DNA of 61,200 nt, counting the filler, from Sphacelaria rigidula (taxonomy: Eukaryota): NCBI GenBank assembly GCA_964200075.2. It is 8 parts of 8 records of this genome, joined end to end, with 100 filler letters (N's around TTAATTAATTAA, not from the genome) between each part and the next. Parts side by side here need not be neighbours in the genome. Positions count along the whole stretch, not along the records: positions 7,664 to 15,226 come from CAXNAA020014320.1; positions 15,327 to 22,889 come from CAXNAA020014321.1; positions 22,990 to 30,552 come from CAXNAA020014322.1; 5 more parts are not named here. One strand, 5' to 3'. The position numbers were made by a program, and so were the translations under genes. Below the pieces are notes generated by a model. That model searched no databases and had not been told where the DNA came from. It saw nothing but the letters and a program-made list of their open reading frames with translations. Shown here one piece after another: positions 13,890 to 25,765 of this stretch (positions are counted from its first letter, which is position 1; each line of letters begins with the position of its first letter).

Positions 13890-14080
13890 CCACTCTCACC
13901 GGTTTGCGTGCCATCTTAGATACTGCGCGCCTACCGTACGACATGCATTGTTGTACAATCACAACTTGTCCGGCACCACCACGCTGCGGCCGCGGCACAA
14001 CCGACTGTAACCGAAAATACGATTTCAGCTTTTTTTCTTGCCCTAATTTCGCCATACATGTCACCCTCAACTCTCAACAC
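13890..14080. repeat. Interspersed repeat shared with 39259-39428
   Basis: GGT.TGCGTGC.ATCTT.GATACTGCGCGCC ... GACTGTAACCGAAAAT colinear in both contigs. Confidence 0.65.
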
Positions 14081-14375
14081 ATCGCAGTACCTTCATTCCT
14101 GGATTGGGAACTAAATTTCAACATTCCCGCTGCCGATGGTACAATACCACCGTCACCGTAGCCACGGACGTCGCCATGGGTCCGTCACTAATCAAGACGG
14201 ATGCCAACACCCCCAATCCACGGGAGATAACACCCCCATTACCTGTATTTATCCCTCGCCTGCCTCACCCTGTAACCTCTGCCCCAATGCAACCGAACTA
14301 CTTCGTGTTTTGTGTTCGTTTTTTCAGCGCCTCGTACTTGACATTTTTTTTTGTCGGACTTGATGACTTCTGGGG

Positions 14376-14376
<1 letters not shown>

Positions 14377-14410
<34 letters not shown>

Positions 14411-14432
14411 TGTGTGTGTGTGTGTGTGTGTG
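14377..14432. repeat. Compound microsatellite (GTT)n(GT)n
   Basis: Directly visible. Confidence 0.95.
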
Positions 14433-14762
14433 ACCCGAAACATATGGGGAAAAGTGACCTGATCCTGGGATAAGCCCGCTCAGTGATTCTCATCCACCGA
14501 GCTGTCAAGCAATCGTTGAAATTATATAAATGATGCCAAACCACCTACAAACCAACGGGTCATATCAGGGTTAGCGTGCCCACATAGGTCTCGATGTGCA
14601 CGCAACTCACACAATATTTAGTACTGCCAGCTGATCGCGCAAATCTATCTGTGGCCTCGAGGCCCGGGTATTTTGATCTCGATATTCAGCTATATGCCGG
14701 TAGCTAGCGACGCTGCACCCCGAAGGAATGTACGCCCAAAAAATGCCGTTGTGCATGACCAC

Positions 14763-14840
14763 CTCCGCCTCGAAAGGCATGGGTGATCAGTGGTCAAACG
14801 ACTAAGGCAAGCAACAAATGAGTACGCTCCCCACCCCTCT
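14763..14840 (+). mobile_element. 3' end fragment of zinc-knuckle LINE
   Basis: Matches 11300-11370 (CTCCGCCTCGAAAGG..ACGACTAAGG.AAGCAACAAATGAGTACGC). Confidence 0.65.
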
Positions 14841-15344
14841 CCTATCGTGGGATTCCTCGTACTTTGGCCGTGGTGTGCATTTTTGAAGAGTGGTGCTGTG
14901 CGGTGTGCTCGTCGCGGGTGTCGTTTTGTGGCTGACATACGGGCCCCAAATATTCTCAAACATCCACGTGGAATACGCCAAGGATGCCGTGTTCGAAGTA
15001 TCGTCGTGTTCCGTTCCTCCTTTCGAACTATATTATGTTCTTACCGGTCATCATTCACAAATTGAATTTGGGGTGATCTCGGGATGTGTGCCACAATAGT
15101 TACTCCCCGAAAAATCGTTCGATGTCATCTGTTTTGGGCTTCTTTCACATCAGTATTACACCCCCCCCCCCCGCCCCCATCTCCAAAGGGGCGCCCGGTG
15201 CCCTGTCCCCCAAGGCCAGCCACACANNNNNNNNNNNNNNNNNNNNNNNNNNNNNNNNNNNNNNNNNNNNTTAATTAATTAANNNNNNNNNNNNNNNNNN
15301 NNNNNNNNNNNNNNNNNNNNNNNNNNTTTTTTTTTCGCTCACAC

Positions 15345-15625
15345 TTTGAACCCCTCCCCTTCCTCGGGATGAGTCCGTGGTCTCTATTGATCAATTCATC
15401 TCTCCCCCGGAACGCGCCTTTCACTTTGGTCTCGCGGATTGGGTCAGCACTCCCCCACCGCGTCAACTCACGTCACACAAACCCAGTCGACTACTTGGTT
15501 TCATCTCACGCTTTCAACGGTGGAAATCATACGCTACGACGAAAGAACCCATCACATCGCGAATCGAACCCCCGTTCTCTTCACCCTAATGGCGATAATC
15601 GGACCATTACACCACCGGGGCGCGG
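15345..15625 (-). mobile_element. tRNA-derived SINE, family 2
   Basis: Minus-strand head CCCCGGTGGTGTAATGG (A box) ... GGTTCGATTC (B box); body copies at 27570-27712 and 41955-42095, head copy at 42192-42330. Confidence 0.7.
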
Positions 15626-16170
15626 TGGTTCTATAGAGAGGGGGAATTACGTAAAACAAAGGATAAGACAGTAACAGTAAACTGAAAATGAGAGTTGAAA
15701 CCCCCCGAAAAAATAGAGAAAATAAGGGAAAAAGAAAGGAGATGCAAAAAAGACAAAAAAAAAAAACGCCAGGCTAAGATCCAGTACCGGTCTCGAGAAA
15801 TAAATGCCTCGCACAGATCACGCGCATATGTTCGAAAAATTCAGGTCGTGTCTCAGCAATTTATTCTTCGATGGAAAGGGTGCGGTGGAGAAGAAAAAAT
15901 TCCAATGTGATGGGACGTGATTTGTGTCCACATTCATTTATGTTGAATCGATGACCGATCAGGTCGGAATTTTTTTGTTCTCCACAGCGCTTTTCCGATC
16001 GGAAAATAATATGTCAAGTCACACCCTCACGGCGCAAACGGAGAAGCCAATAAGATACGATCACGAGTGAGTGAATGGGAAGATACGCGGGAAGACATAT
16101 AATCACATGTCGGACAGCTCATGACCTGCCCAGATATTACTTCTTACTAAGGTACCGGTTCGGATCATGA

Positions 16171-16555
16171 CACACGCGACCATTCGGCTACCGCCAAAAA
16201 TACTCTGTTCCGGTCAACTTTTCGAGCCTCCAGAGGAATTAGACGCCTCCAGAGGGTGCGCGGCCCTCCAGAGGGGTGGGGGATCAAACGCCTCCAGATG
16301 CCCGTCTTGCCTCTGGAGGGCCGCGCATCCCTGCGGAGGAATTTGGAGGATGCGCGGCCCTCCAGATCATCGTCTTTTTCGTTACTCTCGATGGATTCAG
16401 ACCTCAGCAGTCACTGGAGCACCAGATGCCTTCCAGAGGATTCGTTTATTTCCGCACCAAGGGATGAAATACCCTCTAGAGGGTATTTTAGCCTTGAGAG
16501 GATGAAAATCGCGACACCGAGGATTTTCATGGGGGTAGCCGAACGGCCGCGTGTG
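16171..16555. mobile_element. Non-autonomous DNA transposon with CAC termini (CMC/CACTA-like)
   Basis: TIR CACACGCGACCATTCGGCTACC / GGTAGCCGAACGGCCGCGTGTG, flanked by GA..GA; internal CTCCAGAGG repeats in both orientations; second copy 37970-38160. Confidence 0.65.
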
Positions 16556-18989
16556 GAGCTAGCTCATTTCGCCCCTTTTCCCATATTTTCTCCCTAGAGC
16601 TCTGGACGCCAAGCACGCGGAGTAGCGCAAAGGTAGCGCTCTGACGTCTCGGGCCCCGCTGTCACGTATTGTGTTATTGGATAACGGAATCTGAGTCCTG
16701 TTCGATTCATTACTTTGGGTGCGGCTCATGAGCTGTTTAACATGTGGACATATTTTCGGCGCTTTCAGGGACCAAGTGGAGTTGCCAGCTGCGAACATGG
16801 GGATGGGATGTCCTCAGCGGCACTGCAGTCATCTCTTCGCGAGTTCTCCTGCTGGTCATGAGACAACACGCACAGAGATCCTTCTAGCTTATGGATGAAC
16901 GAGTACCGTGTACGGTTTTGTTGGTTTGAGTTCGATCCAACCGACAAGACCTTGATAAGAACCGCTCATCAAATCTTTTCCGTACGTACCTCGACCCGAC
17001 TGAGTCTAACGGCCAACTCCAAGTGCTGACGGCCCGCAATGCACCGGCTGATTGCTGTTATACCCAAAGCGTTTTCATTGTCGTATACATATCCTCTACC
17101 AAACTATCCCCGTGACCTACGGGCTGAATATTTCAATCAGTGATGGCCGATAACACCCCCATGATGAATGAGGCCCTTACCTCGTATCACCCCCTTAATA
17201 CGAACTTGAAGACTGCGTCTTGAGCACGACCTGCGTGTTTTCTCAAAATCTATCGACACTGGGACTTTGAGGATCTCACGAGGATATACTACACGAGAAA
17301 AGTAAGAAAAGCACCCAAACTACCACACGAAAATTGACTGGGGGTGTTTTTGACCGTTTTTGGTCCAAAAAAACACATTTTTTCGACTCTAGCGCAACGA
17401 AGATGTCGAAAGTCAAGAAAAAAAAACTGTACATTCGTGCACGAAAACGGTCGGGATTGCTTTAATCGAGCAAAAATACCCCAAGGATCCGAGAGGGCTA
17501 TTCATTATTTAACTAAATGGTTCGAAACAATGGTTGGTACTATAAGTTGGGATGCCGTCAACCCTAACGCTAACCCTAACCCCGACCAAGGCACGACAGA
17601 ACCCTTGGGGACGGGTAGTGCCAATGATGTCGTGGGCAAAATGTGCATTGACAGACCTCAAGTCGTCGCCGCAGGCATCGATTTTGGGCAAAAACATACG
17701 TTCTGGACGAGCTGGGATCACTTGGGACTGTCAGCCCCTCCGAAAATCCGAATATCGGTGTTCTCTCTGAAATCAAGTAAAATCCAGTGCCACTGTTTCC
17801 GACCATTTGGTAATCGCTGTTGGAGTCCGAACCTGGGACGTGGTAGTCGCAGGACCCCAGAGGACCGGTAAGGGCCGTCCTTATCTAAGGAGATTTTCCC
17901 CTTTGTTGAACTTCACTTTTCGAGAAACGACCGCTGATTGCTCGCTGCGAGATCACCCCCCCAAAAAACGTGCCCAGAAATTCCATTTTCAAAAGGGGAT
18001 TTCCAGACACCGCGAAGGAGAACATACATGTCCCGTTGACAGGGGCACATGCAAAGGCTTACCACACCACCCAACACAATCAGAGCTGAACCTGAGGAAC
18101 TTGGTAGCCCGGCAAAGCAAAACAGACAGCTCGAGCCATAGCTGCTCACCAGCTGAGCATGCTGTGCGTGACCTTGCTCAAATCTGTTCAGAATTAATTG
18201 AGAAATGATGGTTTGTGTGAGGCGCGCGCCCAGTACACGCTCATGAACGATCAGCAACGACACGATTTCGTTTTTATTTACAGGCACGCGGCCGCCATTC
18301 GTTCAATACAGGATGGATTTACGTCAAACAAAGGCTGCCGTGTGTAGGTTAGCAAGGGCTTGCGCTGCAACTAATACGCGTGAGTGGTGGGTGTCTGTGC
18401 GTGTTTTTTCGGGGCTAGGTGTGCAGGTGTTGTGCTGCCTTATTCCGTGTTTCGTCTTGTCTGTAGCATACAGAGAGACCTTGGACTAACAACCACTTGC
18501 AGACTCGCCGCATTTCTGAACCTATGTACAGATCTGGGGTCGGATCTGTACAAAACTGCTTCTCGATAAGGCTCAAAACTGGTCTTTGTGGGGGCAATCG
18601 CTGTTCAAAAGGGATTTTGAAAAAGGTGAAAATCCCCTTCGAGAAGAAGGGCCCGTAAGCCATTCAATATTCAGCGCGGAGACGGTTTTTGTCTCGCGGG
18701 GTGAGGAGCGGGTTCCTAGCATTTCCCGATCCCCAAACTTCGGGATCAAAAAAGGTCACTGGGATGAGCGGTGGTGAGCGGTGGTACGCGAAAATACTAT
18801 TTGAAATCGCTCACTACAAAACAATTATGAAGATCCTCTGGCTTTGCTCGAAACTACTCTATACATGCCCAGCATCCGCATGTTGATGAAAAAATGCATT
18901 TTGTGTTGCGAGGAAGCAGCTGTTTTGAACCCCAAATGTGGCACAGTCTATCCGAGGTCATTTTAGGGGGTTCGCAGTCAAAGGGTCAA

Positions 18990-19086
18990 CCCTCAGACTG
19001 TGAGAGTAGGGCATCTGTTTAATCGGCATCAATTGCACTTGTAAAAGTGCGCACGACCCAGATTGACTATCCTCGCGGTCTAACGG
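18990..19086. mobile_element. ~97-bp piggyBac-like MITE
   Basis: CCCTCAGACTGTGAG..CTCGCGGTCTAACGG flanked by degenerate TTAA (TCAA/TTGA); same core AATCGGCATCAA as the copies at 21519-22097. Confidence 0.55.
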
Positions 19087-21518
19087 TTGAGCACTAGAAG
19101 AGCGGGTCACGTGTTGCGTCGGCACTATCTTCATTTTTAAAATGAGCCTATGCATTCAAACATGGCCCACCCTGATGGTTCATGGGTACCCTTTGACCAC
19201 GAGGAGCTTGAGATCTATACAGTAGGAGCAATCATATACTCGTGCAAGAAACAGTCCACAAAAGTGCTGCAATGGCACACATTATGAACTCATACGAACC
19301 ACTCAGCTGTCACACTTCGACCGTCACGATTGGCCGTTATGTGGACTCGGTATCCCTTTCATTTGAAAGATGAGTGCAACCTTGTATTTGTAAAATGGTT
19401 GCAAGACGAACGTGTGCGTGTGAGCTTGGAGGGTTGGAGGGCCACAACAACAACCCTGAAGCTAGGGTGTACCAGGGTGTACCAGTACTTCGTACAGACT
19501 GATGCCCCGATAGCCCCCCCGAGAAAAGTGGCTAATTTGAGGAGGCAAAATCTACATATTGATCAACATGACAACAACCCAGTACACCACGCAGCTGGTG
19601 ACTCCCACGTCTGGGATAATTTTTGCCAATGTCGCCCACATGAGGCGCTTCATGCAGAGTCTGAAACCAGCAATAATGCGCTGTATGACCACCACCTTCT
19701 TTGTGACGGTCTTGAGGCTGGTTGGGGGAGGGAGGGGGTTACTCGTATCACGATATCCCTCTACAACATACAATACCGTTCGTCTCTGATCTATCCGATA
19801 CCAAGACAAAGCTCACTTGAATATTAAATCAATTTCACAAGCAACGCCCAGGCCTTCAGTCCTTTTCCCTATCAAACATGGACCTGACCTCATCTGGGAC
19901 CCCTACTAAACTTTCGTCTGAAGCATCTCCTGTCTGAACTGCAGTACTACTGTAATGTCAGTCCGGAACATACTGATATTTTGTCATTTCCAGACCACCC
20001 AGCTGTACGCCATTGGCGGGGTGGGAATACAGCTATATGATACTATCTCATACGGATAGGTAGCGACGATAAATCTCGGGGAAGCAGACCGCATACCCAC
20101 CGAGCGACGAGCTGAAGGACAGCATGCTAAATCCCCACGCAGGATGCAGCTGGTAGTCTCAACAATGATGAGAAATCCCGCAGTTTGGTTCTAGCTCCAT
20201 GGACCAAACATGAAAGGTTCTGAACTAATGGAAAATGACCATCTGTAATCCACAAACGCTCTCCCGCACACATCTTCGTTGTGCTCACATACACAGGTTC
20301 CCGGCGACTAGTGGTCTTCACACATGGAGCAGCGTATAGCACCGCGGCCTGCAAACGGTAGTACCCCTCCACGAAGCTTCATCGGCACCAATGGAGATGG
20401 AGGCGGGCGTTCTGTCGGAAACAATCAGGGATTCGCTGTTTTACCCGGTGCCGTGAGAACACCGTTCCCGTTACCCCAGACTATCGAGCTAGACCAGGTA
20501 TAGAGGGCTGAGCGGGGGTTGAAAGGTAGTTGAGGGGGGCGAGTTGGGCGAAAGACATGGGGGAGCATGACAATCAATTTGATGGCTGGTGGCTTTCAGA
20601 TTTTGGGAAGTTAGGTGAGGAATTATTTGAAAAACGGTTTTGCAACAGTTACAAAATCCCAGCAGTCCAACGGAAACATGTGCATTTGTGGTCGCTTCGG
20701 CCGGTCCATTTCAGTTCTGCACGTGGCGTGCACTGTAAGTTTTCCGATGTGCTGTATGTAGTGTTCAGTACCCAGTTGTTTGCTGCACTTTCCGTAGACA
20801 CATGCACGTGAAGGGAAGGATACAACAATCCCTGAAGATGTGGTTCTCCATCTCGATCTCCTCGGAAACAGTAGCAGTTACACCATCTGAAGCTGCGTCT
20901 TCGAGATATTTTTAGTACCACTGGATTTTTGCCTCGTATATAGCTTGTATCGCGTTTTGTGAGTTTTTCACTCTGGATCTATTTTATTTCATTTTTGTTT
21001 TTTCTGCTAGCATGNNNNNNNNNNGTGACCACGGAAGGCGTCAGCATAAGATGACCAGTACCAATTGTACCACGCAGATATCGGAACGGCTTTTAATGTG
21101 AAGACAACAACAACAACAACAACAATATCAAGCTGAAAAGCTCACCGCTTATGGGGGTGTTATTCCCCATAACCGATGGTGGAAGTGATATACAGTACCT
21201 CGTAGTGATAAATTGGCGTTCTCGTCCCCACATGGCAATATCATGTGTGATGCATCATACATGCATGCCTGTCCACAGGGGAGGGGTCCGTGCTGGTGAG
21301 GTTCCAACAAGGCCAGTGATTCGTGATCCGTAACTTCAACGATTGGACGTAGTTGTTGGCCTGCTGTTCCGGGTGGTTGATGGGCCAAAAAGATCCTGAG
21401 CGACTATGCCTGATACCATTCTTACTGTTCCGTATGGCATAACCGATTTCACTGTAATTGTAGTACTCGCATTTTTGTTTCAGAAGCAGGAGAGTTACTT
21501 TTTGGGTGGGTTCTTTAT

Positions 21519-22097
21519 CCCTTAGACCGCAAGGTTAGTCTCCTGTTGAATCGGCATCAATTTCAAGTGAAGAAAAGTATGCATGATCCAGAAAGACTAA
21601 TCTCGCGGTCTAAGGGTTAACCCTGTCGTCGCCGGGCCTCGTTTCGGTACGAAATTTTGGCTGACCGTCGCGCAGGATATGTGCATCCATGTCCTGCAGT
21701 GAGTAAGATTTGAGCAAGTTTTAGTACAGACAACAGTCTGGGCGGGAGTAGTGGACCTTACGACCAAAAATCCTCCCGAAACAAAAGAAAAAACACGGAG
21801 GAATAATGCACACGTCAGTAGGTGGTCGCACCTGTGCCGAGGCCCTCACAAACAGAATACAGAACACACGCTTCAACTTTTTTAACGCTTTAACCGGACC
21901 GCGATGCGCGTAGTCTATCTACATCACACATACTTTTTCAAGTGAGGTTGATGCCGATTTAGCAGGTGACCTGCCCTCGCCGTCAAAGGGTTAACCCTTA
22001 CTGTAGACCGCGAGGGTAGTCCATCTGGATGATGCATACTTTCTTCAGGTCGAATCGATGCCGATTTAACACATGACCTACTCTCGCCGTCTAAGGG
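21519..22097. mobile_element. Cluster of three ~98-bp piggyBac-like MITEs (21519-21616, 21894-21990, 21995-22097)
   Basis: TIR CCCTTAGACCGC / GCGGTCTAAGGG with TTAA at 21617-21620 and 21991-21994. Confidence 0.7.
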
Positions 22098-22496
22098 TTC
22101 ACTTGGTTTAGTATAGGACAACTCTAGCACTTGAGATCGCGCGGTTCTCGGCACAGGAAGCAAGCCGACCCTCGGCACTTGAGCCTTTTGGGAGTGAAGC
22201 TCACTAACAAGAGGTTCGCCATGTGTTTGTAAAATAATAATAAACAAGTCTGGGAGCGACCTGTCCGAACGACTTGTAGGGGGGAGCTGTCGCCGGGAGT
22301 GATGTCACTGCCAAGTTGGTGTACCCTGGCCCTGGCCCACAAAAAGCCTTCGAAGCAAAAGAAAACCCAAGTGGTCGGTGCTCGGGTTCTCAATTTTTTC
22401 ATCATCTACTTGCATTTTATGCAGGCCCGACCTCCCATCCCCCGACTTTTTTTTGGGTCACTATCCTTTAGTAAACCCTAGTCGATAGCACTTACA

Positions 22497-22762
22497 TGTA
22501 GTGTGTGTTGTAGTCCCATCTATTCTGGACGCCAGTGTACACCTTTTGGTGTATGTGGGCGCACCAGCCGGGGTCACACAGGAGGAAGGTCAACACAGGA
22601 GCTTTTTATTTTATTTTTTGTTTTTCGTGCCCACCTTCCTTCTGCGGTGCTTGCCTATATTATCGCGAGAGGGGTTCAGCAGTCCCTTTCCCTCGTCGAC
22701 CGTCAAGTCGAATTTAGTGTACCCACGACATCGTCGCCCTCCACTGTTGGGCATGGTGTGAG
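22497..22762 (-). mobile_element. SINE family 1 body (headless)
   Basis: Homologous to 3815-3915; its 3' end matches 59115-59207 on the opposite strand. Confidence 0.65.
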
Positions 22763-22814
22763 GAAAAAAGTAGTGCTCGGGGGAAATTCGGGGATAAATT
22801 TACCCTACTATATA

Positions 22815-22848
22815 TACTTCCTCTGTCCCATAAGTAAAGTCCGTTATG
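22815..22848. mobile_element. Stowaway-type TIR truncated by contig end
   Basis: TA-CTTCCTCTGTCCCATAAGTAAAGTCC matches the TIR of 43631-44229. Confidence 0.6.
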
Positions 22849-23064
22849 TTTATACGAGCCCTTAACGGTGTCCGATTTGATTTTCGATCNNNNNNNNNNN
22901 NNNNNNNNNNNNNNNNNNNNNNNNNNNNNNNNNTTAATTAATTAANNNNNNNNNNNNNNNNNNNNNNNNNNNNNNNNNNNNNNNNNNNNCGCGTTTCTGG
23001 CCATTTTTCGTACCTTTCTTAGGCAAAAAACGAGAAGGTATACCTTTTCTAGGCCATTGCCCAT

Positions 23065-23510
23065 ATATTTTTTCTCTCTGGCAGGCCCCCCACCCGAAAT
23101 CGCAGTTTCTATTTTTTCGCTGAATCCACTGAGCCATAGATATGTTTTCATCCTTATCTCCTCTCTCAATCCGCCGTATATCTTCAGGTGCTCTTCCTCG
23201 TCTACTTTCCCGTCTGGCGTTTTTTTTTCCCTTACTTGAGTCATGCCTCTCACTTTTCTCTTGTACCCCGCCGTATTCATCTATTGACAATATTTTGTCT
23301 TGGTTCTCCATGTCCTTCCATATCTTCTCGACTACGCTATCTCACCTTATTCCAGCCTGCCCTTTCACCATTTTCTTTCGTACAGCCCCATCAACCATGG
23401 CTGGCAATCTCTTCCTCCGAGCGTTCCTTACATTTTTTTGCCATATCCATTTGTTCGTGTCTTGGATTGTTTGGGGTGTCTACATTGCAATTCTGCGGCC
23501 ACCATACAGT
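23065..23510 (-). mobile_element. Zinc-knuckle LINE ORF2 relic (post-RT region)
   Basis: RLPAMVDGAV..KGQAGIR*DSVVEKIWKD..ILSIDEYGG..EEEHLKIYGGLREEIRMKTYL; ends in AAACTGCGATTTCGGGTG, which overlaps the start of the 10920 relic. Confidence 0.7.
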
Positions 23511-23863
23511 CAGCTCTCCCCACGTAACATGCCGACGGACACTCCTGCTGGAAAATCCTCACTGGGTCTCAGGGTATGGCGTGTACCGCTGCCGGTATGC
23601 CTTGCCCCCACCAGTGACGGATTCTAATTGCTCATATTCGTAGGCGTCCCCGTTGTTGCAGATGCGTGCCATTTGTAGTTTTTATTTTTATTTTGCGATC
23701 TCGACTATGCCTGTCTGCTGTGTCTTCCTGTTTTTTTCTTCACTTTTCTTTTACAGCGAGTGTTTCTGTTTTGTTCACCTTGTCTACGTCTATCTCCTGG
23801 ATGATTATTACTGCTGGATCATGACTCCCAGGGGATCAGTTGAAATGCTACAATCAAATAACC

Positions 23864-24070
23864 CAAGGGCAGGTCGGGTAGGGTATACCGAATTTTTCGT
23901 ATTTTGAAAAATCGCGCATCACTTGCCCAAGGCAGTCGCAATGAATTGAATGGGCTTTGTAGAGGGCCGAACAACAGCACTGGGCCGGCTGCTGCTGTGG
24001 GCGTGAGTCGGATTTTCACTTTCCCAAAGTACACACAATATCGGGTATACCCCTACCTGACCTGCGCTTG
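23864..24070. mobile_element. MITE-like element with inverted ends
   Basis: CAAGGGCAGGTCGGGTAGGGTATACC / GGTATACCCCTACCTGACCTGCGCTTG. Confidence 0.5.
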
Positions 24071-25059
24071 ACATAATTATTCAGTTGGACATTCGCCGGA
24101 ATATCCAATTGGATCAATGGGGATTAGACGCCTACGTCCCCAATTGCATATTTCTCAAATGTTTATATTCGCAGCTGCCTTAGCGCTCCGGTGGGGCCTA
24201 ACGATGACAGTTTGAACGTTGTAGGTCTAGAAGGCCGATTTGATTCCCGTTGTTTTGAAAACATCGAGAACGTGAGTAGCACTTTTTTTTCTTTTTCGTT
24301 CATGAGAGTTGACGCGGTGCAAAATTGGTTCAGTCCACGTTAGCATGCCATCCTGCGAAGCATCTGTGCAGGAAGAAGGTTCCCGAAAACATATGGAGGA
24401 AACGGGTGTCATGATAAATATGCGTGTTATTGGGTGTTTCGAACATGTTTCTGCTCTGGTACAATTCACTTGCAGATGTAATTCTTGAATATATTGAAAA
24501 GCTGTTAGAGTCGACTCCGAATGTGTAACGCCATCTGCGAATCGATAATGGCGATGCGTTTGTCAGGGTTGCTTGGTGTAGCTGACCAACCCATTCCCAT
24601 GGCCTCACACGGCACAGGCATTGTAGTTATGTCTTCTTCGTTTCTTCAGAGTGAATCTGTTTTGAGCCTCGATTGTGCTGTACGTATTGTGTACGCGTGC
24701 GTTCTTCTTGTAATATGTTCGTGAACGGTACGGTACCCCAAGTTAATATGATGTGTACATTATTCGTCGATGGACTGTCTTCGCAAACGAACGTCACACG
24801 TATCATGTCAATTTATTGTCCCTTGTAATATTGAAGCAGAAATATAGATCCAAAAGATCCCTGTCCGAGATCCCCAATGTGCGGATATCATCGACTGACA
24901 TCTTCACCTCACGAAAATTTATGTTGACTTGATGAAAAAAACAGACGTCTTCTCCTGAAAAAGTAGATTTCATACTCGATTTTTTTGTGAATGGTACATC
25001 TATACTTGGGCGTCATCATACCCTCTCTTCTATGGTGATTCCTCACTAACTGCACACAG

Positions 25060-25312
25060 GTCGAAAACGGCCCTACGACTCCAAATGACTTACCAAGCGA
25101 TAGACGATAAAGACGCCATGGGTGACGGTGCAGATCGTGAGGCGGGCGGCGGCGTGGTCGAGGCGGAGCCAGATGAGATGACTAAGCTGCAGAGCATGTT
25201 GAGAGACAACTGGATCAATGCCCTGCTGGTGTTCGTACCGGCCGGCATAGCGGTACCCTATCTGGGGTGCTCGTCGACTACGGTGTTTATCGTCAACTTC
25301 ATCGCTATGATC
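25060..25312 (+). CDS. CAX: Ca2+/H+ exchanger (CAX family, CaCA superfamily), N-terminal exon
   Basis: CTAAC branch point and CACAG acceptor; ATG at 25085; WINALLVFVPAGI..TVFIVNFIAMI; GTGAGT donor at 25313 joins in frame to 27326. Confidence 0.88.
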
Positions 25313-25477
25313 GTGAGTTTGACTGTGTGCTTTTGATTTTCTTGTTGAATTATTTCATGTTACGTACGCCTTCATTTCTTGTGGCTGTATATCTGTGTGC
25401 GCGCAACAACGGATTGAAGAAACAGGAATGCTGGTGACGAATCCTTTTATAACAGTACATCTCTTTTCATTACAGCA

Positions 25478-25765
25478 TGAAGGGTGAGCTGTATCCTAAG
25501 ATTGTTTAGCTTGAGGCCTACTGATTATCTTACATTTGGATGACAGCCTACATTGAATTGCTTTACTTTCTGGTATCTCCACTTCCAGAGACAGCCATGG
25601 CTTATACACTGCCTCATGGATGTCTCGCCATTCAAACACTACGTGGTACGATCATCCCCATTGTGCGGAGCTGAGGTTCTGCCACGCCGCACAACATGAT
25701 GTAGCTCGACTAGCATCATGGTTACCTGAAAAAAAAAGGCAAGGGCGCAAAAAAATCGGTAACCT
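25478..25765. repeat. Interspersed ~290-bp repeat in CAX intron
   Basis: Copy of 10415-10705. Confidence 0.7.

Noticed and set aside
17560-17585. Telomere (CCCTAA-like run)
   Set aside because: Only about three degenerate units, and internal to a contig.
19600-19670. Gypsy integrase zinc-finger relic (LHEAPHVGDIG; similar DNA at 38315-38360)
   Set aside because: The DNA repeat is real, but the peptide match is too short and lacks the second His and the Cys pair.
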